Shown: positions 1 through 11,590, counted from the first letter of the stretch. The stretch is DNA of 64,000 bases from an uncultured Verrucomicrobiae bacterium (GCA_963801815.1 CAWDGJ010000002.1:320001-384000), one strand, 5' to 3'. Notes: a model not told the origin generated them from the sequence alone. Program-made: numbers and translations.

Positions 1-2186
1 TCGTTTCCCAAATCATTGCGTCATCGCGGCATCCAAACGCGGATCGATTCAGCGTTTGCGAAGTGGACGACGGCAGCGGCACGAAACGCCAGATCGTTTG
101 CGGCGCGACGAACTACAAGGTCGGCGACAAGGTTCCGCTCGCACTGCCAGGTGCGAAGTTGCCGAACGGAACTGAGATCCGAAAAAGCAAACTGCGCGGC
201 GTCGAAAGCGAAGGAATGCTTTGCAGCGCCATTGAGCTCGGACTCGGTACGGATGCAGGCGGCCTTCTGATTTTGTCGCCTGAGGCGAAAATCGGCGCGC
301 CGATTAGCGATCTTTTCCCGAGCGACACGATTCTCGACGTCGAGATTACGCCGAACCGTGGCGATTTACTTAGTCATTACGGACTGGCGCGCGAAATCGC
401 CGCGCTTACCGGCACCAAACTCAGAGCGACGTCCCACGACGCGAAAATTCCAATCAGGAAGACCGGCTTGGCAATCACCGCAACGCGCGAATGTCCTTTC
501 TTCTCCGCGCGACGGATCGATAACGTGCACGTCGGTCCGAGCCCGCAATGGTTGCGCGCGAAAATCGAAAGCGTCGGGATTCGTTCGATCAATAACATCG
601 TCGATATCTCCAATTTCGTGATGCTTGAGCTCGGTCAACCGACCCACGCCTTCGACGCCGACAATTTGAAAGGCGACATAAACGTCCGGCTTGCCCGCGA
701 TGGCGAAAAATTTCTCGCGCTCGACGGCAGGACTTATTCGCTGAAGCCCGACATGTGTGTCGTTGCCGATCAACACCGCGCGGTTGGCATCGGCGGTGTA
801 ATGGGTGGCGAAGAAACCGGCGTTACCGAATCGACCCGAAGCGTTTTGCTCGAAGCCGCTTACTTTTTGCCGGCAAGTGTTCGCAAAACGGCGCGTGAAC
901 TCAGTCTTCCGAGTGATGCCAGTTACCGGTTCGAGCGCGGCGTCGATCCGGAAATGATTTTACGCGCGTCCGCCCGCGCAACGGAGTTGATCCGTGAAAT
1001 CGCAAACGGGACGCCGTCGAAAGAAGTTCACACAGCCGGGATGTTGCCGGCAAGTCCTACGGACGTTTCGTTGAGCTACGAGAAGTGCGACCGCGTTGTC
1101 GGCGTCACGATCAAACCAAGAACCGTGGACGAAATTCTGGAAGGGTTTGGCCTGAAGAAAATCAGTGCCGCCAAGAACATGAAATGGAAGATCCCGAGCT
1201 TCCGGCGCGATTTGCAGCGCGACGTCGATCTTATCGAAGAGGTCGTTCGTGCCTACGGCGCGGACCAAATTCCTGGCACAGACCGAAGCCGCTTCACCCC
1301 TTCGAGCGAAGCAGACCATGCCCACGACTCGGAATCACGAATGCGCGAACACCTCGTCGCCCGCGGACTTTTCGAAGCGCGGACGTCGAAACTAATTCCG
1401 CGAAGCGCATTGGCTTTCAGCGAAGGCGCTGTCCAGTTGCGCAATCCGTTGAGCGAAGACCATGTCGCGCTGCGGCCGAGCTTGATCGGAGGATTGGTCG
1501 GTGTTTTGGAACGAAACATTAACGCCGGCGCGGAAAGCGTCGCGATTTTCGAAATCGGGCGCGCGTTCATTCCGCCGGACGGAAGAGAAGAACGGCACCT
1601 GGCAATTTTATATTGGGGAAACACAGTCGTTGCGCAAAGCTGGCGGAATCAAACGAAACGCAGTTTCGATCTGTTCGATCTCAAAGGCTCGTTGGATGTC
1701 GTCGTTCCAAGCTTATCATTCCGTCCCGGAAAATTTCCCGATCTCGCGCTGGCGGTGGACATTTACTCCGGCGATCGAAAGATTGGTTTTGGGGGACAAC
1801 TTTCCGCAGCAAGGTCGAGCGCGCCTGGTCCAGTGATGGTCGCTGAGCTGCATGCCGATCTGCTTTTGCGTGAGGAATCGTCCACCAAATTTCGTGAGCT
1901 GGAGAAATTTCCCGCGGTAACGCGCGACATCGCGATGATCGTGCCGGAAGAAACGCCTCACGAAAAAATCTTGCGAGCGATCCGGGAACCAAAAGAACCG
2001 TTACTCGAAAGCGTGGAACTGTTCGACTTATTCACCGAAAAAATGGAATCAGCACGAAAGTCGCTTGCATATCGATTGACATATCGAGATCGAAGTCGCA
2101 CACTGACGAACGAGGAAGTGAATGCGGCGCACGCGAAAATTCGCGAGCGATTGCGAAGCGACCTCGGCGCGGAATTGCGCGAATAG
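1..2186 (+). CDS. pheT: Phenylalanyl-tRNA synthetase beta subunit (5'-truncated by window edge)
   Basis: Open frame from position 3 reads HPNADR..QIVCGA..RGVESEGMLCS..EITPNRGD..SYRFERG..RDIA..SLAYRL, i.e. tRNA-binding, B3/4, B5 and FDX-ACB domains. Confidence 0.98.
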   Translation, partial: VSQIIASSRHPNADRFSVCEVDDGSGTKRQIVCGATNYKVGDKVPLALPGAKLPNGTEIRKSKLRGVESEGMLCSAIELGLGTDAGGLLILSPEAKIGAPISDLFPSDTILDVEITPNRGDLLSHYGLAREIAALTGTKLRATSHDAKIPIRKTGLAITATRECPFFSARRIDNVHVGPSPQWLRAKIESVGIRSINNIVDISNFVMLELGQPTHAFDADNLKGDINVRLARDGEKFLALDGRTYSLKPDMCVVADQHRAVGIGGVMGGEETGVTESTRSVLLEAAYFLPASVRKTARELSLPSDASYRFERGVDPEMILRASARATELIREIANGTPSKEVHTAGMLPASPTDVSLSYEKCDRVVGVTIKPRTVDEILEGFGLKKISAAKNMKWKIPSFRRDLQRDVDLIEEVVRAYGADQIPGTDRSRFTPSSEADHAHDSESRMREHLVARGLFEARTSKLIPRSALAFSEGAVQLRNPLSEDHVALRPSLIGGLVGVLERNINAGAESVAIFEIGRAFIPPDGREERHLAILYWGNTVVAQSWRNQTKRSFDLFDLKGSLDVVVPSLSFRPGKFPDLALAVDIYSGDRKIGFGGQLSAARSSAPGPVMVAELHADLLLREESSTKFRELEKFPAVTRDIAMIVPEETPHEKILRAIREPKEPLLESVELFDLFTEKMESARKSLAYRLTYRDRSRTLTNEEVNAAHAKIRERLRSDLGAELRE

Positions 2187-2189
2187 TTC

Positions 2190-2269
2190 TTTGAGAGTGA
2201 GAGCCGCTCGTTGAGGGTTGGGAAGGAAACCAGTGCTTTCCACTCAACTCTCAGCCAGCGGCTTTCAAA
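2190..2269. repeat. Long imperfect palindrome (REP-like) directly after pheT
   Basis: gagagccgct..ttgagggttggg..ggaaa pairs with tttcc..ctcaactctcag..agcggctttc. Confidence 0.6.
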
Positions 2270-2450
2270 TTTACCCTGCGATGTTCGCGATTAAGGCGAA
2301 GTCCCCGAACCGATAGTTGATGAACGAAGGAGGCTTGGTTGTTGCGGAAAATGGCACGCCTTCATTGGAAGTCAGCTTCCGCAGCGACGGTCATCCGCCC
2401 TTTACCAAAAGGGAACGGGAGATTCACCTGAACGGCATCAGTGGGGTAAA
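2270..2450 (+). ncRNA. ssrS: 6S RNA
   Basis: ~180 nt. Termini pair (tttaccc/gggtaaa; gatgttcg/cggcatc). The 5' segment gatgttcgc...agtccccgaaccgatagtt resembles the conserved 6S 5' arm. Inner stem gttgcggaa/ttccgcagc. Located downstream of pheT and followed by a terminator. Confidence 0.85.
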
Positions 2451-2455
2451 ATTTT

Positions 2456-2488
2456 AAAACCCGAACCGGATTTTCGGTTCGGGTTTTT
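2456..2488 (+). terminator. Rho-independent terminator (possibly bidirectional)
   Basis: aaaacccgaaccg-gatttt-cggttcgggttttt, perfect 13-bp stem ending in a T run. Confidence 0.85.
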
Positions 2489-2599
2489 CGTTCAAAGCGT
2501 CGAGAGGTGAACCGTTGAAGCGGACATGGATAAAACGTTTTAACGCTTCATCGCTGCAACGATTTGAAATTCTCCCGTCAGCATCGACAATGGACGCCG

Positions 2600-3751
2600 A
2601 TGCGCGCCCTGCTCGCTCTCGAAGACGGAAAATTTTTCGAAGGCGAATCATTTGGCGCCACCGGCACCCGGGTCGGTGAAATTTGTTTCAACACCGCAAT
2701 GACCGGTTACCAGGAAGTCCTGACCGATCCTTCCTATCGCGGGCAGATCGTGACGATGACCTATCCGCTGATCGGAAATTACGGCACTAATTCTCTCGAT
2801 CAGGAAAGCCGCGAACCGCACGTGCGCGGATTTGTGATCGAAGAATTGAGCGAAGCGCCGAGCAATTGGCGCTCGGAAATGTCGCTCGATGAATATTTAA
2901 AGAAGTACGACATCATCGGCGTTCAGGGAATCGATACCCGCGCGCTGACACGACACCTCCGCACGCTTGGCGCGATGAAGGCGTGTCTGACGACCGAGCA
3001 GACGTCAGTCGAACAAGCAGTCCGGCGCGCAGTAGAAGGCGAAGGCGTGATCGGGATGGATTACGTCAAGGAAGTCTCGACGCCGGAAATTTATCGATGG
3101 GACCCGGACGACACATTGAGTCAGCCGTGGACCATTCAAAACGGTAACGGCGACAACAAACCGAAACTGCCGCCAATCCGGTTTCGGATCGTCGCCTACG
3201 ATTACGGGATCAAACAAAACATTTTGCGATTGCTGCGTCAGAAAGGTTTCGCTGTCACGGTTCTTCCTGCATCGACAACCGCGGACGAGGCGCTCGCGCA
3301 AAATCCCGATGGAATTTTCCTGTCGAATGGCCCGGGTGATCCTTCGGCGTTGCCCTACGCGCACAAAACTGTTCGCGATCTCATGGGCAGGAAACCGATC
3401 TTCGGAATTTGCCTCGGTCATCAAATCCTCGGTTTCGCGTTCGGAGGATCGACATTCAAACTAAAATTCGGCCACCGAGGCGCAAACCAGCCGGTCAAGG
3501 ATTTGAAGACCGGCAAAGTTGCAATCACCGCACAGAACCACGGGTTCGCCGTTGATCCAGCCTCATTGCCGAAAAACGTCGAGATTAGTCACATCAATTT
3601 GAACGACAACACGGTCGAGGGAATGCGCCACAAGGAGCTTCCAATCTTCAGTGTGCAATATCACCCCGAAGCCGCGCCCGGCCCGCACGACGCGTCGTAT
3701 TTCTTCTCACAATTCGCCGATTTGATTGAAGGCAAGAAAAGCCGAAAGTGA
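2600..3751 (+). CDS. carA: Carbamoyl-phosphate synthase small subunit
   Basis: [34 protein letters not shown] nucleophile, QYHPEA. Start moved to ATG 2600. Confidence 0.98.
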   Translation: MRALLALEDGKFFEGESFGATGTRVGEICFNTAMTGYQEVLTDPSYRGQIVTMTYPLIGNYGTNSLDQESREPHVRGFVIEELSEAPSNWRSEMSLDEYLKKYDIIGVQGIDTRALTRHLRTLGAMKACLTTEQTSVEQAVRRAVEGEGVIGMDYVKEVSTPEIYRWDPDDTLSQPWTIQNGNGDNKPKLPPIRFRIVAYDYGIKQNILRLLRQKGFAVTVLPASTTADEALAQNPDGIFLSNGPGDPSALPYAHKTVRDLMGRKPIFGICLGHQILGFAFGGSTFKLKFGHRGANQPVKDLKTGKVAITAQNHGFAVDPASLPKNVEISHINLNDNTVEGMRHKELPIFSVQYHPEAAPGPHDASYFFSQFADLIEGKKSRK

Positions 3752-3754
3752 CTC

Positions 3755-4150
3755 ATGTTTAATTCGAAACGCTTTAAGACATTCAGGAATATCTTCGCGA
3801 TGGTTGTCATCGCATCTTTTGCCACGGCTCCGCTGGCGCTCGCCCATGACGAGAAATCGGATGCCGCGGCCGAGAAAACCGTGACTGGCGAAGTCGTTGA
3901 TATGATGTGTTACGTCGATCATAACGCGATGGGCGATGGTCACGGACAATCCTGCGGCGCGAAGTGCATCAAAAACGGCGGGCCCGTCGGGATCGTTGAA
4001 AACGGCAAGGCCTATCTGGTCGTTGGCGAACACAAACCGATGAACGACGAGCTGGCGGATTCCTGCGGCAAAACGATCACGCTCAAGGGCAAGTTTGTCG
4101 AGCGTGGCGGGGTTGCGATGCTCGAGAACGCCGAGATCGTCAAAAAATGA
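3755..4150 (+). CDS. Small exported Cys/His-containing protein of unknown function
   Basis: Signal peptide (ALA-H cleavage). Motif GEVVDMMCY...H..SC.AKCI..G.PVG. Starts 3 nt after carA. Confidence 0.8.
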   Translation: MFNSKRFKTFRNIFAMVVIASFATAPLALAHDEKSDAAAEKTVTGEVVDMMCYVDHNAMGDGHGQSCGAKCIKNGGPVGIVENGKAYLVVGEHKPMNDELADSCGKTITLKGKFVERGGVAMLENAEIVKK

Positions 4151-4152
4151 TT

Positions 4153-4260
4153 GTCATCCCGAGCGCAAGCGAGGGACCTCCCAGTCGAAGCGCGGATCAC
4201 GCAAGTCAATTGGTGTGATCAATCACCTTTTGAGAGATCCTTCGCTTCGTTCAGGATGAC
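4153..4260. repeat. 108-bp palindromic REP/MITE-like element (GTCATCC...GGATGAC family), copy 1
   Basis: gtcatcccgagcgcaagcgagggacctc ... gagatccttcgcttcgttcaggatgac terminal inverted repeats. Confidence 0.85.
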
Positions 4261-4283
4261 GAACTCGGCGTCGCCGAAGTTCG

Positions 4284-7200
4284 TCATTTGTAGTACGGCC
4301 GCAATGACGGCCGGAGCTTGCCGACCTTAAGCGCGGTTTCGATTTCAGAATCCGAAGCCGCATCGTTGGAGAAGCTGCGTACTTCGCCGCCTTCCAAAGC
4401 TGCGAGTGGCAATCCGTTCCGAAACGATACCCGGTTCGTGGTAAAGGCCGGGACTCTTGATCCGGGAGTGAGAATTCCGTGCAGGTTCAACGGATCAGCC
4501 GCGCTAAGAATGATGAGTTGCATGCTTGGCTCGGATTTTCGAATTGATCGCAACAAACCGATCGCCTCCGGCAACGCGAATTGTTCACCGCTCGCACCGG
4601 CAATGAAATAGCCACCGCGAATTTCGCCGCGCGCTTCAAGTCGCCGATAGATCCGGCCGAGTTCATACCAGGTTACATTCAGACTTTCGCGCTCGAGCAA
4701 ACGACGAAACATGACGCCGTAACGGCGCAATAAAACGCGCGCGAATTTTTCAACGGCCACATCGCGCTCAGCCGTATGCGCTCCGTTTGATTCCTCAGGC
4801 GCTTGCTTTCGAATCAACGACCAACGTCCGGCAAATTCGATACTCGCCAGATTGGTTTTGCGCCGGCGTTTTCCTTCGTTGCGACCAAGCGTCGGTCGCT
4901 TGTTTGATGGAACGAGCAACGCGCGTAAGCCGTCGAAACTGTCGGACGTGACAAAACCTAATGCCGCAAGTTCGGAGAGTGCTTCTTCAACTTGGGACGG
5001 CAACAAACCTGTCCGCTTCACGAGTTCGGTAAAAAATGAAGCGCCGTCGTTCCCAAGCGTGTCGCGCACACTTTGCGCGTTTGCTGAAAGTTCGATCGCC
5101 GATTTTGTAGAAGCCAGCAGCAGCCAATCCTCGAGATTTTCACGCTGATAAAGCGCGATTGGGCTGGTGCGCAGCGGCGCGGTTGCACGCGCATGCGGAT
5201 GTTGCGGCGAACTCAATCGTCCCCAACCGACGCGACCTGAAGAACAAAGACGATCGAGCCACTCGGGATCATAATCGCTCACCCGCGCGCTGAGGACCGC
5301 CGATTCCCAGGACGCCAGTGGCAATTCACAACCATCGAGCTGTTCCAGAACCGATTGCAATCCTTCCGGCCCTTCAACGCGATGTTCCGAATCGACGCGT
5401 TGCCATGCGAAAAGGAAGCGATAGAAACCCTGCGCGGAAACCGGCTGAATTTCTGCGCGAAGCCGGTCGATCGTCAGCCGATGAATTCGCGCGAGCAATC
5501 GCCGATCACACCATTCCTGTTCCGTTGCGTCCGGATGAAATTTCCCGCGAAGAACGAAACCCTCTCCTTCAAGGCCAAGCAACCCCGCTTCCACTTCTGA
5601 TTGCGAGAGACCAAGAATATCCTGCAATTCGGTGATCGTGACCGGTCCAGAAACTTCCATTCGTCCGCGCAATAGCTCGCGAATCGCGCTTGACCGGTCC
5701 CAAGCTTGTTTCTGCGCGGATTCCGGCGCCTCCAATGCAGGATTTATATCGGCGCTTGGATAAACCGCCTTCAATAACGGCACACGTTCGGCAACAACCC
5801 AAAATGTTTTGCCGTTCCAACGCATTTGTGCGGCGCGTTTCGATTCGACGAGCTCGTTCGATAATTTCTCGGCGCCGGCTCCGTTCGCTTCATGATGGAC
5901 CGTCCGCTGCACCTCCTCACCCGTCATCACTGCCAGAAGCATCAAAGCGTCGTGTAATTCATCGGCGTTGGCAGCTTCAGGCCATGCTCCATGTTCTACT
6001 TTCTCGATTGCGGCCGAATCGAGAATACCGAGACCATCGCTGCCATTTTTTTCTGAAGCACGGCGCGTGTAAACGGCCTGAGTGCGACGTTCCTCAAGCG
6101 GCGCATTGTCCAGAAAGGCGTAGGGGCGCGCATTCAAAATCTCCGAGGCCAGCGGTGACGGCTCCGGCAAATCGCGCGCGATGCAACGAATCTCGGCATT
6201 CTCGATCTTGCGCAGCACTTCCTCGAGGCCGTCGATGTCCATCGCTTCGTTCAGGCAATCGTCGATCGTTTGTTTGACCAACGGATGATCGGGAATTTCG
6301 CGATCGCCAACGATATGCTCCAAACAGGCGAGCTGATCCGGAAACACCGCGGCCAGTAAATTCTCGGACTCCATTCGCTGCAACGGCGCGGCGAGCTTGG
6401 AGCCGCCACGAAATCGCGGCACGGCCAGCGAACGCGTTGCGTTCCACCGCCAGCGGATTGTAAACATCGGTGCGTCGAGCAAAGCTTGCACCAGTAAATC
6501 GCGAACGGTTTTTGAGTTGAGATAACGAAAAACTTCTTCGAGCGGAAATGAATGCTGCGTTCCCAGCGAAATAACAATCGAGTCGTCCGTTGCCGCGGCC
6601 TGCAGCTCGAAATTGAAAGATCGACAGAAACGTTTTCGCAACGCAAGGCCCCAGGCGCGATTGATTCGATTCCCGAATGGCGAATGCAAAACGAGCTGCA
6701 TTCCACCCGATTCATCAAAAAACCGTTCCATCACCAACGTTTGCTGCGACGGTATTGCGCCGAGCGCGCGATAAGTATCGGCGAAATAATCGGCAATCTG
6801 CTGCGCGGCCTCGGCCGGCAATTTCAGGTCATCGACAAGCCATGCTCGCAAGCTATCCAAACCACTGGCAACTTGACCGACTGGGTCGGTCAAGTTTGAG
6901 AGTCGGCGTTCAATTTCCTGGCGAAGATTTGAAACAGCGACGGAAAGCTCGTTGGTCCGAGCAGGCGCTTCGCCCAGCCAGAACGGGATTCCTGGCGGCT
7001 GGCCTTTCGCATCTTCGACTCGGACCACGCCCGAGTTGATGCGCACGATGCGCCACGACGCGTTACCGAGCTGAAAGATGTCTCCGGCCAGACTTTCCAC
7101 CGCAAAATCTTCGTTCACCGTTCCGACAAAGGTCTCGGAGGGTTCAAGAACCACGCGGTAGTCCGCATTGTCGGGAATGGCGCCGCCAGATGTAAGTGCG

Positions 7201-8669
7201 GTCAGTCGGGCCCCGCGCCGACCGCGGATGCGATGATTGACCGCATCGTGGTGGATCAAGGCTGAACGTCGCCCGCGTTTTGTGCTGAAACCTTCGGCCA
7301 GCATTTTTTCGACACTTTCGAATTCTTCGCGCGAAAGATCCCGATAGGGCCAGGCTGCGCGAATAAGCTCAAACAGTTTGTTCTCGTCCCAATCATCGGT
7401 CGAGCTCGCGGCGACAATTTGTTGGGCCAGAACGTCCAGCGGCTTTTGAGGAATCAACAGTCGATCCAACTCTCCGCGCCGAACCGCATGCACTAACGCG
7501 GCAACTTCGACCAACTCATCCCGGCTCAACGGAAAAATTCTGCCCTTGGGCAAACCGCAGCGCTTGTGTTCCGCGCGGCCAACGCGTTGGAGCAAAGTTG
7601 CGATCGAACGCGTCGTGCCCAGCTGACAAACGAGATCAACCGAGCCGATGTCGATCCCCAGCTCGAGTGACGCGGTCGCGACCAGCGCCTTTAGTTCGCC
7701 GCGTTTCAATCGGTCCTCCGCGTCGAGGCGCAACTTCGCGGAGAGACTTCCGTGATGGGACGTCACGGCGTCGGCCCCAAGAAGTTCGCTTAAATGATGG
7801 GTCACGCGCTCCGCCATTCGGCGGGTGTTTACAAACACGAGGGTCGTGCGGTGTCCCTGAATCAATTCGGCGAGCCGCGAATAAACTTCTTCCCAAACTT
7901 CGTTCGACATTACCGCTTCCAGCGGCGATTTCGGAATCTCGATCGCCAAATCAAGCTCGCGGCGATGGCCGATATCGATGATTGCGCAGTTTGGATGGCC
8001 GCCCGGATCGACGTTCCTCGTTCCGACTAGAAAACGCGCAACTTCTTCGATCGGTTTCTGCGTTGCGGAAAGTCCAATGCGTTGCAGTGGGCATTCGGTC
8101 AGCGCCGCTAGCCGCTCGATACTCAATGCGAGATGCGCGCCGCGGCGATCGTCGACCACAGCGTGGATCTCATCGAGAATCACGGTGCGCACTGTCTTCA
8201 ACATTTTTCGGCCGGAATCGGACGTCACCAGCAGATACAAAGACTCGGGTGTCGTGACCAGGATGTGCGGAGGGGTTTTGATCAGCGCCTGACGCTGTGC
8301 TGCTGTCGTGTCGCCAGTGCGCACCTCCGCGCGAACATCAACATCGTGGCCTTCCTGTTTTAGCAATTCACGAATTCCCGCCAGCGGTTCCTGCAGGTTT
8401 TTCCGAATGTCGTTACTCAGCGCTTTAAGCGGCGAGACGTAAACGATTTGCGTTTCGTTCGGCAGTTCGCCGGCCGCGCCTTCGCGAAACAATCGATCGA
8501 GCGAAGCGAGAAATGCGGCCAACGTCTTACCAGAGCCCGTCGGGGCGGAGATCAACACGTCATGGCCGGATTGAATCTCCGGCCAGCCACGCGCCTGCGG
8601 TTCGGTAGGCGATCCAAAAGTTCGCTCAAACCAGCGCGCCACCGCGGGATGAAATTGAAAGGCCGACAT
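4284..8669 (-). CDS. lhr: Lhr-family ATP-dependent DEAD/DEAH helicase (large form with C-terminal winged-helix region)
   Basis: [39 protein letters not shown]. 1461 aa. Confidence 0.93.
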   Translation of the reverse strand: MSAFQFHPAVARWFERTFGSPTEPQARGWPEIQSGHDVLISAPTGSGKTLAAFLASLDRLFREGAAGELPNETQIVYVSPLKALSNDIRKNLQEPLAGIRELLKQEGHDVDVRAEVRTGDTTAAQRQALIKTPPHILVTTPESLYLLVTSDSGRKMLKTVRTVILDEIHAVVDDRRGAHLALSIERLAALTECPLQRIGLSATQKPIEEVARFLVGTRNVDPGGHPNCAIIDIGHRRELDLAIEIPKSPLEAVMSNEVWEEVYSRLAELIQGHRTTLVFVNTRRMAERVTHHLSELLGADAVTSHHGSLSAKLRLDAEDRLKRGELKALVATASLELGIDIGSVDLVCQLGTTRSIATLLQRVGRAEHKRCGLPKGRIFPLSRDELVEVAALVHAVRRGELDRLLIPQKPLDVLAQQIVAASSTDDWDENKLFELIRAAWPYRDLSREEFESVEKMLAEGFSTKRGRRSALIHHDAVNHRIRGRRGARLTALTSGGAIPDNADYRVVLEPSETFVGTVNEDFAVESLAGDIFQLGNASWRIVRINSGVVRVEDAKGQPPGIPFWLGEAPARTNELSVAVSNLRQEIERRLSNLTDPVGQVASGLDSLRAWLVDDLKLPAEAAQQIADYFADTYRALGAIPSQQTLVMERFFDESGGMQLVLHSPFGNRINRAWGLALRKRFCRSFNFELQAAATDDSIVISLGTQHSFPLEEVFRYLNSKTVRDLLVQALLDAPMFTIRWRWNATRSLAVPRFRGGSKLAAPLQRMESENLLAAVFPDQLACLEHIVGDREIPDHPLVKQTIDDCLNEAMDIDGLEEVLRKIENAEIRCIARDLPEPSPLASEILNARPYAFLDNAPLEERRTQAVYTRRASEKNGSDGLGILDSAAIEKVEHGAWPEAANADELHDALMLLAVMTGEEVQRTVHHEANGAGAEKLSNELVESKRAAQMRWNGKTFWVVAERVPLLKAVYPSADINPALEAPESAQKQAWDRSSAIRELLRGRMEVSGPVTITELQDILGLSQSEVEAGLLGLEGEGFVLRGKFHPDATEQEWCDRRLLARIHRLTIDRLRAEIQPVSAQGFYRFLFAWQRVDSEHRVEGPEGLQSVLEQLDGCELPLASWESAVLSARVSDYDPEWLDRLCSSGRVGWGRLSSPQHPHARATAPLRTSPIALYQRENLEDWLLLASTKSAIELSANAQSVRDTLGNDGASFFTELVKRTGLLPSQVEEALSELAALGFVTSDSFDGLRALLVPSNKRPTLGRNEGKRRRKTNLASIEFAGRWSLIRKQAPEESNGAHTAERDVAVEKFARVLLRRYGVMFRRLLERESLNVTWYELGRIYRRLEARGEIRGGYFIAGASGEQFALPEAIGLLRSIRKSEPSMQLIILSAADPLNLHGILTPGSRVPAFTTNRVSFRNGLPLAALEGGEVRSFSNDAASDSEIETALKVGKLRPSLRPYYK

Positions 8670-8713
8670 GACGCAAGAAAACGGGCGACTAATTTACGCG
8701 CTGGGTACGGTTT

Positions 8714-8821
8714 GTCATTTCGAGCGGAGCGGGGAATCTCACAATCGAACCGCGGGCCACACAATTTACTTTGCGTGATCAGTCGGCCGATGAGAGATCC
8801 CTCACATCCGTTCGGGATGAC
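8714..8821. repeat. 108-bp palindromic REP/MITE-like element, copy 2
   Basis: gtcatttcgagcggagcggggaatctc ... gagatccctcacatccgttcgggatgac. Same length as copy 1; shared core gatcacgcaa..t.aattg in inverted orientation. Confidence 0.85.
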
Positions 8822-9530
8822 TTGATAAGCGCAACGCGATCACTTCGCGCAACATCGCCAAACTATCGTGGACGACGCGGACTTTGCTGCCTTCCGAATG
8901 ATTCCAGCGAACCGGGACTTCGCGCAAACGCAAACCGCCGCGATAGGCCAGGAAAAGAAGCTCGACGTCAAATGCAAAACCAACAGTGTGCGCTTTTTCT
9001 AGAATCGGCCGGCAAACCTCGAGCCGAAATGCCTTGAAGCCGCATTGCGTGTCCCAAAACGGCATTCCGGTCGCGAGACGCACGATCAAATTGAAAACCC
9101 GGCCGGCCTGTTCCCGTCGCCACGGCTGATGAACGCCAATCAGCTTGCGATCGAGGGCGCGCGAACCAAACGCGAGATCGACCTCTCCGCTTGCGATCGG
9201 CTCGATCAATTTCGGAATTTCACTGAGCGGCGTGGACAAATCCGCATCGAAAAACATTCCAATCGGCTTGGTCGCAGCGAGCAACCCGCTTTCCACCGCC
9301 GCGCCTTTGCCACGATTAGGAAAATTCTCAAGCAGACGAGCTTGAATTTTCGCGCCGGCCAGGGCTTCACGAACAATCTCCGACGTTGGGTCGGTCGACC
9401 CGTCGTTGACCACAATCAGTTCCGCATCCGGGCTTTCGGCCGATAAGTAATCGAGGGTTGAGCGCACCGTTCCGCCGATGCGCGCGGCTTCATTATAGCA
9501 AGGGATGGTGACGGAAAACGGCGGCAGCAT
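8802..9530 (-). CDS. GT2 glycosyltransferase (dolichyl/polyprenyl-phosphate glucosyltransferase-like)
   Basis: IPCYNEA, VNDGSTD, NRGKG, DAD, DTQCGFK, FAFDVE. Confidence 0.93.
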   Translation of the reverse strand: MLPPFSVTIPCYNEAARIGGTVRSTLDYLSAESPDAELIVVNDGSTDPTSEIVREALAGAKIQARLLENFPNRGKGAAVESGLLAATKPIGMFFDADLSTPLSEIPKLIEPIASGEVDLAFGSRALDRKLIGVHQPWRREQAGRVFNLIVRLATGMPFWDTQCGFKAFRLEVCRPILEKAHTVGFAFDVELLFLAYRGGLRLREVPVRWNHSEGSKVRVVHDSLAMLREVIALRLSSHPERM

Positions 9531-9605
9531 GGTGAAGGCGAGATTCGTTAAACCGTTACAAGGTTACATCGGTTCGCCGCTTCACGATTGTCGATTCACA
9601 GTCTC

Positions 9606-10637
9606 TCAACGATAAATCTCGGTCACGAACTTGCCATTGGCATCGACGTATCCCCGATACATGCCGGAAGTGTTGAACGGCAACGCGATGTTACCGCTCT
9701 TGTCGATGGCGATCATTCCGCCGGTCCCGCCAAGTTTTCCAATCTTATCAATCACCGCGATCGACGCTTCCTGCAGCGTCTTCCGGCGATATTCCATCAT
9801 TGCCGAGACATCATGCGTTGCAGTGGCCCTGATGAAAAATTCGCCGTCGCCCGTACCGGAAACCGCGCAGGTGGCATTGTTCGCGTAAGTGCCAGCGCCG
9901 ATCACCGGCGTGTCGCCGACTCTTCCCGGCAGCTTGCCCGTTTTGCCGCCGGTTGAAGTTGCGGCGGCGAGGTTGCCGTTTCGATCCAGCGCGACGGCAC
10001 CGACCGTGCCATGAAGATCCTGATCGCTGACGAAGAATTTTTTGTCGCCGTTGGCGCCGGTGCTCTTTTCCGCAGCCTTAACTTTTTGCAACGCGTCCCA
10101 GCGTTCCTGGGTGAAAAAATATTTCGCATCGACGAGCTCGACGCCGTGCTCCTTTGCAAACGCCTCCGCGCCTTCGCCCGCCATCATCACGTGCGGCGAT
10201 TTCTCCATTACCAGACGGGCGAGACTGATCGGGTTCTTGACGTGCTGCAAATTCGCAACCGCGCCGGCCCGCAACGTTTTTCCGTCCATGATCGCTGCGT
10301 CCATTTCGTTGACACCGGCTGCGTTGAAAACGGCACCCTTTCCGGCGTTGAAGAGCGGATCGTCCTCGAAAACACGCACCGCAGCTTCAGTCGCATCCAG
10401 GCTCGAGCCGCCGTGCTGCAAAATTTCCCACCCCGCGCGGAGCGCGTTTTCAATTCCAGTGCGATACTGATGCTCCGCCTCCGGCGTCATCTTGCCACGC
10501 TCCATCGTTCCGGCGCCGCCGTGCACGACTAACCCGATTTTATTTGCTTTGACTGAACTCATTCTGCCGAACTGTTGTGCGCCGGTCGTCGTCGCAAGGG
10601 CGACCGCTCCCCAGATCAAGAAATTTCGCACCGACAT
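9606..10637 (-). CDS. iaaA: Isoaspartyl peptidase/L-asparaginase (Ntn hydrolase) with putative signal peptide
   Basis: VHGGAG, FNAGKG, EMDAAIMDG, autocleavage site G-TVGAVA, TSTGG, GRVGD, SGTGDGE. Confidence 0.93.
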   Translation of the reverse strand: MSVRNFLIWGAVALATTTGAQQFGRMSSVKANKIGLVVHGGAGTMERGKMTPEAEHQYRTGIENALRAGWEILQHGGSSLDATEAAVRVFEDDPLFNAGKGAVFNAAGVNEMDAAIMDGKTLRAGAVANLQHVKNPISLARLVMEKSPHVMMAGEGAEAFAKEHGVELVDAKYFFTQERWDALQKVKAAEKSTGANGDKKFFVSDQDLHGTVGAVALDRNGNLAAATSTGGKTGKLPGRVGDTPVIGAGTYANNATCAVSGTGDGEFFIRATATHDVSAMMEYRRKTLQEASIAVIDKIGKLGGTGGMIAIDKSGNIALPFNTSGMYRGYVDANGKFVTEIYR

Positions 10638-10738
10638 ACCGGTTTATGCCCGAAACAAATAGTCTGCCCTGGTCAGCCGCGCCAGTGCGAAGAAAACGCT
10701 TTTTAGACTTCACGACCTGAGGCACTTTCCCAGTCGGC

Positions 10739-11590
10739 ATGGCGGAACAAAGGAAAGAAACAACCGAGGAGGGGCTGATCACGGCGCCGGTGGTCGCCTT
10801 GCAGGAAATTGGCAGCATTGGCGAAAATCTCTTCCGCGAGGTCGGAAGTATCTTCTGGTTCATCATCAACACGATCGACGAAACCTTCGAGCGTTTGCGC
10901 GAGGGCCGCGTGCCGTTCCGAGCCGCAAGTTTTTTCCGGTATGCCGAGCGGTCTGGTGTTGAGTCGGTGCCACTGGTCGCACTGGTTTCTTTTTTCCTGG
11001 GATTAACCATGGCGCTGCTGACCGGTTATCAATTGCAACGGTTCGGGACGGAACGCCTCGTGCCCGGGTTGGTGTCGATCGGTTTCACCCGCGAGCTCGG
11101 CCCGTTAATCACCGGCATCATGCTTGCAGCGCGAATCGGTGCCGCGTTTACCGCCGAGTTGGGCACGATGACTGTCTCGGAGGAAGTAGAAGCGATCGAA
11201 GCGATGGGAATCGGGCCACTCCGGTTTTTGGTCGCGCCGCGAATGCTCGCTCTCTTTTTCCTGATGCCGTGTCTTTCCACGATCTCAAACATCTCGGCGA
11301 TTGTGGCCACAAGCCTGATCTCGAAAGCGTATTTCAGCATTGCCTTCCCGTATTTTATCGATCTTGTCCGCGACTCCTTACTTATCCGCGACCTGATCAC
11401 CGGTGTGGCGAAAAGTTTCCTGTTTGGTTTGCTGATCGCGGCGATCGCCTGTTACCGCGGACTGAGCGTAAAAGGCGGCGCCGCGGGAGTTGGCAGCGCG
11501 ACGACGTCGAGCGTTGTCACCGCAATCACCGTCGTGATTGGCGTCGATACTCTCTACAACGTCGTCTACGTGAATTTTTTCCCGACATGA
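10739..11590 (+). CDS. mlaE: MlaE-family ABC permease
   Basis: RELGPLITG..AARIGAAFTAELGTM..EEVEAIEAMG, GGAAGVG. Confidence 0.95.
   Translation: MAEQRKETTEEGLITAPVVALQEIGSIGENLFREVGSIFWFIINTIDETFERLREGRVPFRAASFFRYAERSGVESVPLVALVSFFLGLTMALLTGYQLQRFGTERLVPGLVSIGFTRELGPLITGIMLAARIGAAFTAELGTMTVSEEVEAIEAMGIGPLRFLVAPRMLALFFLMPCLSTISNISAIVATSLISKAYFSIAFPYFIDLVRDSLLIRDLITGVAKSFLFGLLIAAIACYRGLSVKGGAAGVGSATTSSVVTAITVVIGVDTLYNVVYVNFFPT

Noticed and set aside
4284..8669. Lhr helicase as part of an anti-phage defence island
   Set aside because: Stand-alone Lhr among housekeeping genes, with no nuclease or defence partners adjacent.
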